Source: an uncultured Gammaproteobacteria bacterium | GTDB taxonomy: Bacteria; Patescibacteriota; Microgenomatia; UBA10105; UBA927 | DNA: 64,000 nt | Reading direction: 5' to 3' | Assembly: GCA_964445435.1 (NCBI GenBank) | Contig: CAYUKU010000006.1 | Coordinates: forward strand, 1,112 to 65,111 | In this document: one piece after another, positions 49,130-59,328 of the stretch | Position numbering within the stretch: the first letter of the stretch is position 1 | Layout: every line of letters begins with the position of its first letter | Translations under genes and position numbers: made by a program | Notes under the pieces: model-generated | Databases searched by the model: none | Seen by the model: the letters and a program-made list of their open reading frames with translations, nothing else | What the model was told of the DNA's origin: nothing

Positions 49130-51422
49130 AGCGCACCCGCAGCGAAACCATAATAAGAAGCGCAAGCGAGAAAACCGAAATCGGTAAGCCTATTGTAACC
49201 GATCGAGGACGATAGATCATTCGTACTTCGTGTGCGCCAGGGGCCAAAGCAACCGCGCGAAATGCGTAATTAGCCCGAAGAACGGGAGTTTTGGTGCCAT
49301 CAACAGATGCCTGCCAACCCTGCTCATGCACGTCGGAAAGGAAAAGGAGCTTACTTGCGGCGGAATCTGTCTCGAATACGATTTCATTCGGAGTATAGCG
49401 GATAAGACGCACAGACCCTTCACCGGGAGCAGGTTCAAGTGAGGGCGTTTGCTCTAAGACAACTTTCCCCTCCCCAATTGTATTATCGAAGTAAAGCAGT
49501 TTGAGGATGTCCTCCTTTTCTCTGGCTATCTCATAACCGGAGGCGAGGAAATATCGGGGAAGCGCATGGGTGTTTTCCAGTATCTCGTAATGGTCATCCT
49601 TATATACGGAAACATAAAAGGGATACTTCCAATACGGATATGCCCACACGTTCGTCCCGTCACTCAACCGTTGGAGCACAAAACGTACCCCCAAAAGATC
49701 AAGAGCTCTCTGGGCATATGCTCCACCCCGGGCAAGCGTCACTACCGAGCGATCCGGATTTTTAAGAGTTCCTTCATCCGCGTACCTGACAAATTCACCG
49801 TATCGCCTCTGGTACAACGCATCGTATCCCTCAATGGACGAAATCCCGAAGCTCGATCCCAGTTCGTTGCCGAAATTTCCGAAAACCCGATCGATGCCGG
49901 TCTTCTGGGTAAGATACGCAATGACGTCCATCTTCGGGTATACATACTCCCGCGGGTCAAATGGCATCCACTTGATCGCAAATCGCAGGCTATCAAATGA
50001 GCCCACCAGAATAAACGCCGCGAGAATAAGAAGCCTTCCTGTGTGCCACCAAAATCCTATCAGCGCGCCCGTTACCCCAAGAAAGAATACAAGCGTCGGA
50101 AGTAAACTATTTCTAATGGCTATTGCGCTTTTGTCTGCGGGTACGAACGATCCCATAAAAACTGCCATCCACAGAAGTACTACCATCAGTACGGTCGTGA
50201 TGACGAAACCGATAAACGGTTTGTGTTTGCGCGTTGTCCAATCACGTCTGAGCGCATCAATGCCAAATGCGCTACAAGCAGCGAGTGAAAAACTAAAAAG
50301 AAAAATAATCCTGCTGGCCGCACTCGTCGACAAAACGGGAATCCGAAGGGAAAAAAGCAGGTCGGTTAGTGGCGTGGGGGTTGCCAAAAGAAGTGCGCCT
50401 AAGCCCAAACCTGCAAAAAACCAAACGATCCTCCGCCGCACACGTACAGTTGCCCATACTGCAAAAAAGAGTGCCACTACGCCAGCAAAACTTGCCCACT
50501 CAGCGTAATGGCCAAACCAGTCGTTTCGGGTAACCGGATTTCCATAGAAATCCGGTGAAAACACCGTAACGAGATACTGCCAGGGAATAATTTCTCCCTT
50601 GATGAAACTGGCCATACGCACAGACTGGCTGTATGCGTCATAAGAGGCAAGAAGCTGAGGGAACGCAAAAGTCAACCCAAGAGCAACAAGCGCCAAAGTG
50701 AGTAGTGTTCGGCGTACCCTTTTTGCCCGTGCCCCCCAAAAAACGGCAAATATCACTGAAGTAGCAATCACGTAAATGCTCATCTGAAAATGACCCGAGA
50801 GAAGGGAAAACGACGTTCCTAATGCTATGCCAAGTGTTGAAAGAGCCCCCGGTCTGGTATGGAATTTCACTATGCTCGACAAGATAAGCGGCAAAATCAA
50901 AACGGCATACGCTAGTGTCCCGTACGCCATCCATACAACGATAAACCCACAGAACATAAACGAGATGCTTCCTAAAACGCTTCCCGTTTTTGAAGCGCCC
51001 ACAGTCCGCAAAAATCCGAACATAAATAATCCCGCGAGAAGAGGCTGAAGAAGAATGCTGACCGACCACGCATCAATGGTCTTAAGGAAAAGAAATAGTG
51101 CAATCACAGGGGAAAAAACAGCTGTCTGGTAGTTCCCTGCGTGCGGGGTACCCGCGAAACTATAAGGATTCCAGAGCGGAATTTGGCCCATCTTCCAGGA
51201 ATCAACCGTCAGTTTCTTCCAAGGATAAATTTGGGTTATCACATCCGGCATGGCGTTATTTTTTACCGACATCCCAAAGGATGCGCTCCAGGGAGGAAAA
51301 AAGCTTACCAAATATGTGGACGGAAACGGCACGCGCCCTCTTGAGAAAAAAGGCCACGAAAAAACCGCAACCAGAAGGATAATAAGAAATATGGGCCAGC
51401 GATTAACGAGTATTTTTTTCAT
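49110..51422 (-). CDS. YfhO-family GT-C protein
   Basis: PLWNPYSFAGTP, SGHFQ, GYDAL, ANYAFRAV; start MKKILV at 51422. Confidence 0.85.
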   Translation of the reverse strand: MKKILVNRWPIFLIILLVAVFSWPFFSRGRVPFPSTYLVSFFPPWSASFGMSVKNNAMPDVITQIYPWKKLTVDSWKMGQIPLWNPYSFAGTPHAGNYQTAVFSPVIALFLFLKTIDAWSVSILLQPLLAGLFMFGFLRTVGASKTGSVLGSISFMFCGFIVVWMAYGTLAYAVLILPLILSSIVKFHTRPGALSTLGIALGTSFSLLSGHFQMSIYVIATSVIFAVFWGARAKRVRRTLLTLALVALGLTFAFPQLLASYDAYSQSVRMASFIKGEIIPWQYLVTVFSPDFYGNPVTRNDWFGHYAEWASFAGVVALFFAVWATVRVRRRIVWFFAGLGLGALLLATPTPLTDLLFSLRIPVLSTSAASRIIFLFSFSLAACSAFGIDALRRDWTTRKHKPFIGFVITTVLMVVLLWMAVFMGSFVPADKSAIAIRNSLLPTLVFFLGVTGALIGFWWHTGRLLILAAFILVGSFDSLRFAIKWMPFDPREYVYPKMDVIAYLTQKTGIDRVFGNFGNELGSSFGISSIEGYDALYQRRYGEFVRYADEGTLKNPDRSVVTLARGGAYAQRALDLLGVRFVLQRLSDGTNVWAYPYWKYPFYVSVYKDDHYEILENTHALPRYFLASGYEIAREKEDILKLLYFDNTIGEGKVVLEQTPSLEPAPGEGSVRLIRYTPNEIVFETDSAASKLLFLSDVHEQGWQASVDGTKTPVLRANYAFRAVALAPGAHEVRMIYRPRSVTIGLPISVFSLALLIMVSLRVRYEDRHL

Positions 51423-52170
51423 GCGACGTGACCTGAAGTTCCCACAATTTAGCGTACGTAATAAATAAACTAAACCCCTGATAAACACTCTCTATGATTC
51501 CGACCGTGCCCGCCTTCCACCCTCCTCCCGAGAAATACATTCGGAAAAACCCGGTAAGAAACACCCGTATAAGCCGCCATCCGACAATCTGGGGATGGTG
51601 CGCCTCATAGCGTAGTACTGCTTCGGTCTTTGACCATTCGTTTGTTTTGGAAACCATTTCCTCAAGTGTCCGATGCGTCTGGTGGAGAATCGGATCAACA
51701 ATCGTTTCCACTCTCCCTTCCACGACCGCAGTTTCATGGAGTTTCCCCCTCCAACCTTTCAGAGCATCCTTTCGAAAAAGCCTGTGCATTTTATCGGTGT
51801 GCGGCCAAAGGTGTCCGAGGTAATAGTTTTTGCGGGTGATATAGTATCCGTTGGGTGATGAGGACCCGTACTCCTTCATAATTTTTTGTATCGTCCGTGC
51901 AAGCGAAGGTGTTATTCGCTCATCTGCGTCCACATAGAGTATCCAGTCCCCGTGGGCGCTCGTAAGACCCACGTTACGAATTTCAGAGAAGTCATCTGAA
52001 GAAGTAGTCACAACGCTGACGTTCATCGAGCGGGCAATGTCTCGTGTCCTATCGGTTGAATTGTTGTCAACGAGGATAATTTCCGAAACCCAGTCCAGGC
52101 TTTTTATGCATTCGCCGATCCGCAACTCTTCATTTTTAGCGATAATGATAGCAGAGATAGTATTTTTCAT
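51403..52170 (-). CDS. GT2 glycosyltransferase (LgtF/WaaE-like)
   Basis: IAKNEE, WILYVDADE, LHE. Confidence 0.88.
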   Translation of the reverse strand: MKNTISAIIIAKNEELRIGECIKSLDWVSEIILVDNNSTDRTRDIARSMNVSVVTTSSDDFSEIRNVGLTSAHGDWILYVDADERITPSLARTIQKIMKEYGSSSPNGYYITRKNYYLGHLWPHTDKMHRLFRKDALKGWRGKLHETAVVEGRVETIVDPILHQTHRTLEEMVSKTNEWSKTEAVLRYEAHHPQIVGWRLIRVFLTGFFRMYFSGGGWKAGTVGIIESVYQGFSLFITYAKLWELQVTSHEKNTR

Positions 52171-53081
52171 CGCTTCCATGTATATCTGTTTCCAAATCTT
52201 CCTGTAATGAAATCAAAAACTGCCCTGCGCAAAACGGGCGAGGATGAAAAAACGAAACGGACCGCCTCTCTCAGAAGCGCAATTTTCGTACGAAGTGGCG
52301 CATATCTCATGCCGATAAGCAGCCTGTTCCTCGTAAGATAGTATTGATGGAGTCCATGACCCGGCTTCCCGGTCGACCCTGCGTTTATATGCCAAACGAT
52401 TGAGGAAGGGGCGTAAACGCAGCGAAATCCGGCTTTTTTCGCCCGCAGGGAGTAATCCAGATCTTCAAGGTAGAGGAAAAATCGATCATCCAGATAGCCG
52501 ATGCGGGAGACAACGTCTTTTCTGATCATAAGCGAGCAACCGGTGATGAAATCCGTATCCTCCTGTCTTTCAAATTGGCCCGTATCCACCTCGTCCACTC
52601 CTCTATGTGACGCATACATATTTGCCCAATCAACGAGTCCGCCCGCATACCAGATAACCCGCCCGCGATCTTTCTTACTGTAGCGGTCATGATGAAACTC
52701 ATATCCGGGTGCAAAATAAATCTTCGATCCTGCCAGACCTACTGCACTATCATCAAACGCATCCAGAAGCCCTTTCAAGGCATCCTTGTCGACCTTCGTA
52801 TCGTTATTCAGGAGCCACACGAAATCAGCGCCTTTTGAAACTGCGTACCGCATTCCCCTATTATTTCCGCCGGTGAATCCCTCGTTTACAGGGCTTTCCA
52901 ATACAGTCACGGAAGGAAAATTTTTGCGTATCGATGCGACCGAATCGTCGGTGGAAGCATTATCAACGACAACCGTAGCTACGTTGTTCCTCGCGTTGTC
53001 CATGTCGGCAAGCGAAGAAAGACAGTTTAGGGTATCCGCCTTCCCGTTCCAGTTTACAACGATTATGAATACATTTTTCAT
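52167..53081 (-). CDS. GT2 glycosyltransferase (WbbL-like)
   Basis: VVNWNG, LLNNDT, FLYLEDLDYS; start 53081 (TAATG overlap). Confidence 0.9.
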   Translation of the reverse strand: MKNVFIIVVNWNGKADTLNCLSSLADMDNARNNVATVVVDNASTDDSVASIRKNFPSVTVLESPVNEGFTGGNNRGMRYAVSKGADFVWLLNNDTKVDKDALKGLLDAFDDSAVGLAGSKIYFAPGYEFHHDRYSKKDRGRVIWYAGGLVDWANMYASHRGVDEVDTGQFERQEDTDFITGCSLMIRKDVVSRIGYLDDRFFLYLEDLDYSLRAKKAGFRCVYAPSSIVWHINAGSTGKPGHGLHQYYLTRNRLLIGMRYAPLRTKIALLREAVRFVFSSSPVLRRAVFDFITGRFGNRYTWKR

Positions 53082-53980
53082 TACAGAAGCTTCTTTTGGA
53101 CTTTCAGAAAGAATGAGCGTACCGGTGAAGCCGACTCCCGTATCCTTGCAGTCAGAAGCCAAAATCGAACCTCTCTCGCGTTTCGTTTTAACTCATCATT
53201 TGCAGCTTCAAGAGTGATACTTCGCTGTGCGAACGCATTCTTCTCCCACAATTTTGCAAAAACGACGAAGGAATAAAACGCCTGGAGCAGAGCAAGAACC
53301 AATCCATGGAGGCCGTCTTTGTATCCGCTTTGAGCGAAATAAATTTTTACGAAATCCGAGACCGGAAATCTGATCGCGTCATACCAGGCCAGCTGATAAT
53401 TCGTGGCCTGAAGATTTGCCACTTCATTCTCCGTATAGAGCTTGTCCATTTTTCGAATAAACTGACCCACTGTTTCATAATTATGGTGAACGAACGGTTC
53501 AGTAAGCGTATCGGTCGGACCGTGCACTTCTATGTATTCGTGCACGTGCTTCTCCTGGAATCTGCCCTTGTCCTTTCTGAACAGTCTTAGGTGCCTATCC
53601 GGCCACCAGAGGCCATGTTCTATCCATTTGCCGAAAATGATGTTTTTGCGGGCAATCCAGTATCCGACGATATCTGAGTCCGGTTTCTGCGTCACTTTTT
53701 TGATTTCTGAGGCTAACGCCTGCGGAATCTCTTCGTCAGCATCAAGGTTGAGTATCCAATCGCCTGTCGCCTGAGTGAATCCGAAATTCTTATTTACGTT
53801 AAGCATCGGATTATTGGGTCGGACGAAAACCTTTGCGCCGAACTTCTTCGCCACGGCAGCAGTCTTATCAACGGAGCTATTATCCACTACGATTATCTCT
53901 GACGCCCAACGAACCGACGCCAGGCACGCTGCGAGCTTATCTTCCTCATTATAGGCCGAAATAACAACGCTTACTGACAT
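53081..53980 (-). CDS. GT2 glycosyltransferase (LgtF/WaaE-like)
   Basis: AYNEE, WILNLDADE, WPDRHLRLF, VHE. Confidence 0.88.
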   Translation of the reverse strand: MSVSVVISAYNEEDKLAACLASVRWASEIIVVDNSSVDKTAAVAKKFGAKVFVRPNNPMLNVNKNFGFTQATGDWILNLDADEEIPQALASEIKKVTQKPDSDIVGYWIARKNIIFGKWIEHGLWWPDRHLRLFRKDKGRFQEKHVHEYIEVHGPTDTLTEPFVHHNYETVGQFIRKMDKLYTENEVANLQATNYQLAWYDAIRFPVSDFVKIYFAQSGYKDGLHGLVLALLQAFYSFVVFAKLWEKNAFAQRSITLEAANDELKRNAREVRFWLLTARIRESASPVRSFFLKVQKKLL

Positions 53981-53983
53981 AAG

Positions 53984-55438
53984 CTAGACGTGAAAACGTG
54001 AAATAATTGAGACAACTTCAGGTTTGGCCCTCCACCAAACACAGCCTGCGTACAGTATAACACTTGCCGCTGCAACTGCCGCCAAACTCACGGGACTCGC
54101 TGGAACCACCGAAAGCGCCCCTGCAGTGAACAAGCTCTGCGCTACTGCTGCCGCAAGAGGAACGCCGATACTCCGGGTAAACGAAAACGGCGCCGCTCTC
54201 TTCACCAGATGAACAACGACGCCGACGGTAAGACTCACGGCGAAAATAGCTGCCGCGTATCCGTGAAATCCGAATACCGAAATAAGAAGGACAGTCAAAA
54301 TCCACGTGGCTGTCGTCCACATGACCATCAGGGCAAGTGTTACTTTAATTCTCCCTACTGCGTTAAGCGCATTTGTAAGAGGAGTTGAAAGAGAAGACAC
54401 GAGTGTGGCAAGGGCGAATAAGTAAAACGATGGCAGGGCCGGCATCCATTTACCATATTTGGGAATGTAGGAAATAAGAGGCTCAATGAAAAAAATAAGT
54501 CCGACAGTTACCGGGAATACGGCCAACGATATCCCGAAAAGTGTCTTTTCGATTGCTTTTGTAAGATGCTCTTTTGAGGTCTGAAGGCGGGAAAAGGCAG
54601 GGAAGGTAACGCGGATAATGCTATCCATGATAAGCCGCAGCGGCACGTCTGCCCATTTTTTCGCCCACCCTATGTACCCGATCTCGGAAAACGGCAGCAT
54701 TTTCCCAAGAAAAACCGTCATAAGATCATCTTTCAAAAGCGCCAGGAACGAGTTCAGTTGGAACGGAACGCCGAATTTAAGAAGCTTCGCTGCAACGGGT
54801 CTTTGTATTCCAATGGCAATTCTCCACGGTGATACGACATACATCGCAACCAACCCCAAAAGAGCACGGATAACGACGGCCCAGGTGAAACTTTCGATGC
54901 CTCTTCCCTGCCAAGCCAACCAAACCGCAACAACGTAAAAACCTACCGTCTCCAGAATCTGAGGAATGATAAGCTTCTGAAACTCGAGCGACCGCTCAAG
55001 CAAGACGGATGGAATTGTTTTGAGTGATGAAATGAAAAAAGACGCGATAAGACTGCGCAGGAGCCACAATCCGGACGAATCCAGTTTATAAAACTGGGCA
55101 ATCTGAGAGGAAAAAAGGAAAGAAACGACCGTAAGAGCTCCCACAAGGATCTGTTGGATCGTGAAGGTAGTCGCAAGATCGCTTTTTGTAACCTCATCCT
55201 TTTTTTGAATGAGCGCAGCCGCAAGACCAATGTCTGAGAAATAATTAAGAAACGCTATAACTGCCGACACGACGTAGAAAATTCCGAAGACTTGGGGCGT
55301 GAGAAAAACGGTAAGAAGAAAGGTCGCTCCAAAAGCAATAATTTGCAAAAGAAACGTCCGAGAAGTAAGCGCAAGAATTCCTGCAAATGATTTCTTCTTT
55401 ATGTGTTCTATTTCGGTCAAGTGCGCTGCGTCTGCCAT
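53984..55438 (-). CDS. polysaccharide flippase (WzxC-like)
   Basis: LTPQVFG, SDIGLAAALIQKK, FPAFSRLQ; 12-14 TM. Confidence 0.88.
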   Translation of the reverse strand: MADAAHLTEIEHIKKKSFAGILALTSRTFLLQIIAFGATFLLTVFLTPQVFGIFYVVSAVIAFLNYFSDIGLAAALIQKKDEVTKSDLATTFTIQQILVGALTVVSFLFSSQIAQFYKLDSSGLWLLRSLIASFFISSLKTIPSVLLERSLEFQKLIIPQILETVGFYVVAVWLAWQGRGIESFTWAVVIRALLGLVAMYVVSPWRIAIGIQRPVAAKLLKFGVPFQLNSFLALLKDDLMTVFLGKMLPFSEIGYIGWAKKWADVPLRLIMDSIIRVTFPAFSRLQTSKEHLTKAIEKTLFGISLAVFPVTVGLIFFIEPLISYIPKYGKWMPALPSFYLFALATLVSSLSTPLTNALNAVGRIKVTLALMVMWTTATWILTVLLISVFGFHGYAAAIFAVSLTVGVVVHLVKRAAPFSFTRSIGVPLAAAVAQSLFTAGALSVVPASPVSLAAVAAASVILYAGCVWWRAKPEVVSIISRFHV

Positions 55439-56148
55439 GGTTTGGTGACGAATAACCTCCACAATCCTTCCAGATCTCCCTGTGCGGTTTTCAAAACCCG
55501 TACCGTCGATCCCGGGTTATCTATCCAGGTTACCGGCTCCTCGTAGATGGCGCATCCGCTTTTCTCGGCCATTACAAGAAGCTCGGTATCGAAAAACCAC
55601 TCATTATCGATAACCCTCGGAATAATTTCATCGACGACCCGCTTCGAAACTGCCTTAAATCCGCACTGAGCGTCGCTAAAATGCACCCAAAAGAATACTT
55701 TGATAAGGAAGATATACACCTTCGACGTTACGGTTCGAAGCAAGCTTCTGCCTTTCACATTGGCGCCCCGGGCATTTCTGCTGCCTATGGCTACATCAAA
55801 ACCCTTAAGAATCGACCTGGACAAGGCGGGGAAGTGTTTGAGGTCGGTCGAAAGGTCAACATCCATATAGGCATTTACGTCTGACTTATACTTTCGCCAG
55901 ACGGACTTCACTGCTCTCCCGCGGCCCTTTTCATCCAAATGTTCGACTTTCACCCGGGGATATTTTTTTGTAAGGGATTTGGCTATGGCATGCGTGTTAT
56001 CTGTCGATGCATTATCGGCAATTACAACCATCCAGTCGAAATCCGCACAATTGCCCGCGAGGTAGGCCACAAGCTTCCCCACGCTATCGGCTAGTTCCTT
56101 CTCTTCGTTGTAAACCGGGATGACGACGTTAAGTGTTGGTTTTTTCAT
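55417..56148 (-). CDS. GT2 polyprenyl-phosphate sugar synthase (DPG-synthase/Alg5-like)
   Basis: PVYNEE, KGRGRA, YMDVDLSTD, DAQCGFKA, WFFDTE. Confidence 0.9.
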   Translation of the reverse strand: MKKPTLNVVIPVYNEEKELADSVGKLVAYLAGNCADFDWMVVIADNASTDNTHAIAKSLTKKYPRVKVEHLDEKGRGRAVKSVWRKYKSDVNAYMDVDLSTDLKHFPALSRSILKGFDVAIGSRNARGANVKGRSLLRTVTSKVYIFLIKVFFWVHFSDAQCGFKAVSKRVVDEIIPRVIDNEWFFDTELLVMAEKSGCAIYEEPVTWIDNPGSTVRVLKTAQGDLEGLWRLFVTKPWQTQRT

Positions 56149-57796
56149 ATTTTCTGCCCAAAAGAAAGAAAAGCCCCAAAACGGCTATAACGCTTATTAT
56201 ATTACCTAGCGTACGCACAGGGGTATCGGCAAAACGAATTTCAACGACATTCTGTCCCTTGGGAATCAAGATAGTCGGAAGAGATTGAGCGACTGTCGGC
56301 ACCACCGGTTTTCCGTTTACAAGATACTTCCACCCTGGAAAGACGGTTTTGTTGAGGGTTATCTTTTCGTCTTTATTCGTTGTGACGGTAAATCGTTCAT
56401 ATGTATCGCTTTGAACTATGTGCTCGACTATCATCCCTTCCCTGGGAACAATGGTCGTACGCGCATACGCGTCCGGGCTTGCCGGACGAACGAAATCGGG
56501 AGGTAAATATTCATATGAGATATTCGATACATCAAAGCGCAGCGCTTTTTCCGATTCGAATTCACGGGCTTCCTTTGTAAACAGATACTGCGGCTGAAAC
56601 CATTTGCCGTAATATGGAATCGCAAGAAGGACCACGATGGTGGTCAATATAAACCGCAACGCCTTCGCGCGCATATGAACGAAAAGCGTACCGATGAGCA
56701 CGCTTAGCCCGAGCTCAGCGTATGCCAGGAATCTCCAAGGATACTGAAGGTAAGAAAAAAACGGAATGTTTTCCCATAAAAATATGCTTATCGGAAGCGT
56801 AAAAAATATCCCAACTCCGGTGATAACCATTCCTGTCAGACCGAGATACCGTTCGGGAAAGAATCGTCCTTTGAGAAGAACCAATGCTCCTGCTGCAAGT
56901 CCAATAATGATATGGAGCTTACCCAGCATAAACGACATACCGTCTACACATCCTGCCGTAGAGCCCCCGAATCCCCAGGGTGAACTCCATAGTTGTGGTG
57001 CGCACACCAAATGATCATGAAAGTCAGAGGAGCTCGATATTTGTCCTGCCACATTTGTGTATTTCATCTCAACAAGAGCAGGAAGCCAAAAAAATGCAGA
57101 AAGCCCAAGTCCCAACACCAATATCAATATATAGTTTTTCAAGGGAGAAAGGGACTGCGCGCTCATCCGACGCACGAAAAACGTGATTACCGCTGCCATT
57201 GCCAGGAGGAAGCTTGTGGCGTACCCCAACAATGTATGGGAGAGAATAACCCCAGCAAGGCCGATTCCTCCGATAAGAAAACCGAGCTTATGCGGGTTTT
57301 TCTTATGTATGTCAACCAGAGACCACAAGAGTAACGGAAAAAAAACAAGTGTCCAGAGTTCGCCTACCGCTCCCCGTACGTACAGCTGCACGGCATGATA
57401 CGGTGCATAGGCATAAAAAATTCCTGCTATCAGCCCTCCAAGCACACCTATAAAAGGAACCAAGGCCACATAGAGTATACCCCCTGCAAGAATCATGCCC
57501 AAAATCATCATCACTTTGGTCGCTGACAGGCCAGAAGTGCCAAGGGCATAGAGAAACCCGCCCACATAATACGGGAGCGGGCCATAAAAATTATAGAGGG
57601 GATATCCGTACCCGTATCCCAGATCAGTTACCCAACGGACCGGAAACTGTCCACCCCGAAGAGCTTTACCCATGGAAACAACTCTGCCAATTTGCGTGTC
57701 ATCGTGCATTGGGAAATATCCGTCGCCCAAAAGCGGTGACACAGTCCCCAGTGAAACCATGAGAACCAGCAGAAATCCGATTATTTTACCTGTCAT
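56129..57796 (-). CDS. GT-C membrane protein, PF10131-like family
   Basis: MHDDTQ, PVRWVTDLGYGYG, RGAVGE, QYPWRF, FPGW. Confidence 0.8.
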   Translation of the reverse strand: MTGKIIGFLLVLMVSLGTVSPLLGDGYFPMHDDTQIGRVVSMGKALRGGQFPVRWVTDLGYGYGYPLYNFYGPLPYYVGGFLYALGTSGLSATKVMMILGMILAGGILYVALVPFIGVLGGLIAGIFYAYAPYHAVQLYVRGAVGELWTLVFFPLLLWSLVDIHKKNPHKLGFLIGGIGLAGVILSHTLLGYATSFLLAMAAVITFFVRRMSAQSLSPLKNYILILVLGLGLSAFFWLPALVEMKYTNVAGQISSSSDFHDHLVCAPQLWSSPWGFGGSTAGCVDGMSFMLGKLHIIIGLAAGALVLLKGRFFPERYLGLTGMVITGVGIFFTLPISIFLWENIPFFSYLQYPWRFLAYAELGLSVLIGTLFVHMRAKALRFILTTIVVLLAIPYYGKWFQPQYLFTKEAREFESEKALRFDVSNISYEYLPPDFVRPASPDAYARTTIVPREGMIVEHIVQSDTYERFTVTTNKDEKITLNKTVFPGWKYLVNGKPVVPTVAQSLPTILIPKGQNVVEIRFADTPVRTLGNIISVIAVLGLFFLLGRKYEKTNT

Positions 57797-59328
57797 AGGG
57801 CTTTGAGTTTCTTTTTCCCTGTTTTCCTGATGAGCTGAAAAAGAAAAAGTAACAAGAAAAACAGGCTCACACTGTCTGCGATAAACCGAAATACCGTCTC
57901 ACGAAAACCCGCCACGATTCTATGTTCGCCTTTCGGCACTTCTATGCGCATCACCCCAAGGGGGTTTGCGTGATCAACAGGTGTCAGTTTTCCGTCGAGC
58001 GTTACTCCCCAGCCGGGATAATATGCCGTATTGATTTGCACGACACTGTCTTCTGACGCCGTCACTGTGACGTCGATATATTGCGTCGTTACTCTATTCT
58101 CTGTAATGGTTCCACCTCCCGAATGGAATTCAAGTTTTTCATTCGCCCGCGCCGTCGGCTTCTGGGTCACCCATATTGGAAGGTATTCGTCGTGGACGGT
58201 TGTTGTTGCTTCATTCGTCGTATAGTACCCTTCCGGAAATGACTCATAGGCGATAAATCTGCTTGCCATAGCAAACTGTAGCGCACATGCGATCATCAGT
58301 ACGCCACCAAAAACGTATTGTCGCTTCGCATTGGCATGAACGGCACACGCAACAAGGAAGCTCCCGGCAAACACGCTCATACTCAAAAACCGAAACGGAA
58401 ACTGAAAAAGCGTCGCAAGAACATCGAAGCGCCATATAAACGCGCTCACGGGCAGCGCCATGCACGTTGCGCCAACAAAAATCCAGAAAAAGAGAGATCG
58501 AATCGAGTGTCTCTGTTGGGAAAAGACGCTCACGATGGCTGCAAAAAGACCCGGAATTCCGACAAGCCACCAAAGACTGCGCTCAAACAAATACTGCCTG
58601 GGATCAGAAACTACGATACGATCAAACACAACGAACCTTCGCTCATAAAGCGCCGGCAACCAAAAAAACGCAGCCATCCCCATAGCGAACGTAAGGGGCC
58701 ACAAGTACCGCGAGAATTTCCGAAGCGCAATAATATAGAGCATATTCGTGCCGATAAATAGAACGGCAAGCGAATTATGGCTCAGAATTAACATAAATGC
58801 GGAAATCATAAAAAGCCATTTCTTATCGCGGGCGATCGAATAGAATGAAAGCGCCGCCCAAAGAAACGCAAATATCTCTCCCACCGAGCCGCGCTTATAT
58901 ATATCAAAAAGCAAATACGGCGCGGCAAGGAAGCTTATTGCGCCCATCGTGGCAGCAAATGAATGAAAATAGGTCTGAAGCCACAGTCTTACGACTACCC
59001 CGGCCCCCACTACGGAAAGAATAATAATCAGCTTTACGGAATCGACGAACGAAAAACCCAGGAATTTGAAAATCGATCCGACGTACATAAACCCCGGGTA
59101 AAGGAAGTTCGCCACCGGATACCCGTAGCTGTAATTGAGTCTCCCCAAAAATCGGACCGGGAACTGCCCCTCACGCAGACTCTGGTAAAACGCACTCAAC
59201 CGAACGATCATCCAGCTTCCGTCGTCCGTCAGGATAAATCCCGGCCGAAAAAGCGGGAAAAGCACAATAAGACCGACTAGAATGACAACGCCAAACGGCC
59301 ATAATTTTTGGAAGAGGGGCGACTTCAT
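57793..59328 (-). CDS. GT-C membrane protein, PF10131-like family
   Basis: TDDGSW, PVRFLGRLNYSYG, RGSVGE, QFPFRF, YYPGW. Confidence 0.8.
   Translation of the reverse strand: MKSPLFQKLWPFGVVILVGLIVLFPLFRPGFILTDDGSWMIVRLSAFYQSLREGQFPVRFLGRLNYSYGYPVANFLYPGFMYVGSIFKFLGFSFVDSVKLIIILSVVGAGVVVRLWLQTYFHSFAATMGAISFLAAPYLLFDIYKRGSVGEIFAFLWAALSFYSIARDKKWLFMISAFMLILSHNSLAVLFIGTNMLYIIALRKFSRYLWPLTFAMGMAAFFWLPALYERRFVVFDRIVVSDPRQYLFERSLWWLVGIPGLFAAIVSVFSQQRHSIRSLFFWIFVGATCMALPVSAFIWRFDVLATLFQFPFRFLSMSVFAGSFLVACAVHANAKRQYVFGGVLMIACALQFAMASRFIAYESFPEGYYTTNEATTTVHDEYLPIWVTQKPTARANEKLEFHSGGGTITENRVTTQYIDVTVTASEDSVVQINTAYYPGWGVTLDGKLTPVDHANPLGVMRIEVPKGEHRIVAGFRETVFRFIADSVSLFFLLLFLFQLIRKTGKKKLKAL

Noticed and set aside
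49834-50508. 224-aa + strand ORF and many similar antisense or out-of-frame ORFs (e.g. 81..476, 30010..30531, 59451..59969, 63127..63648)
   Set aside because: They lie within well-supported genes and have no recognisable motifs; they are shadow ORFs of hydrophobic coding sequence
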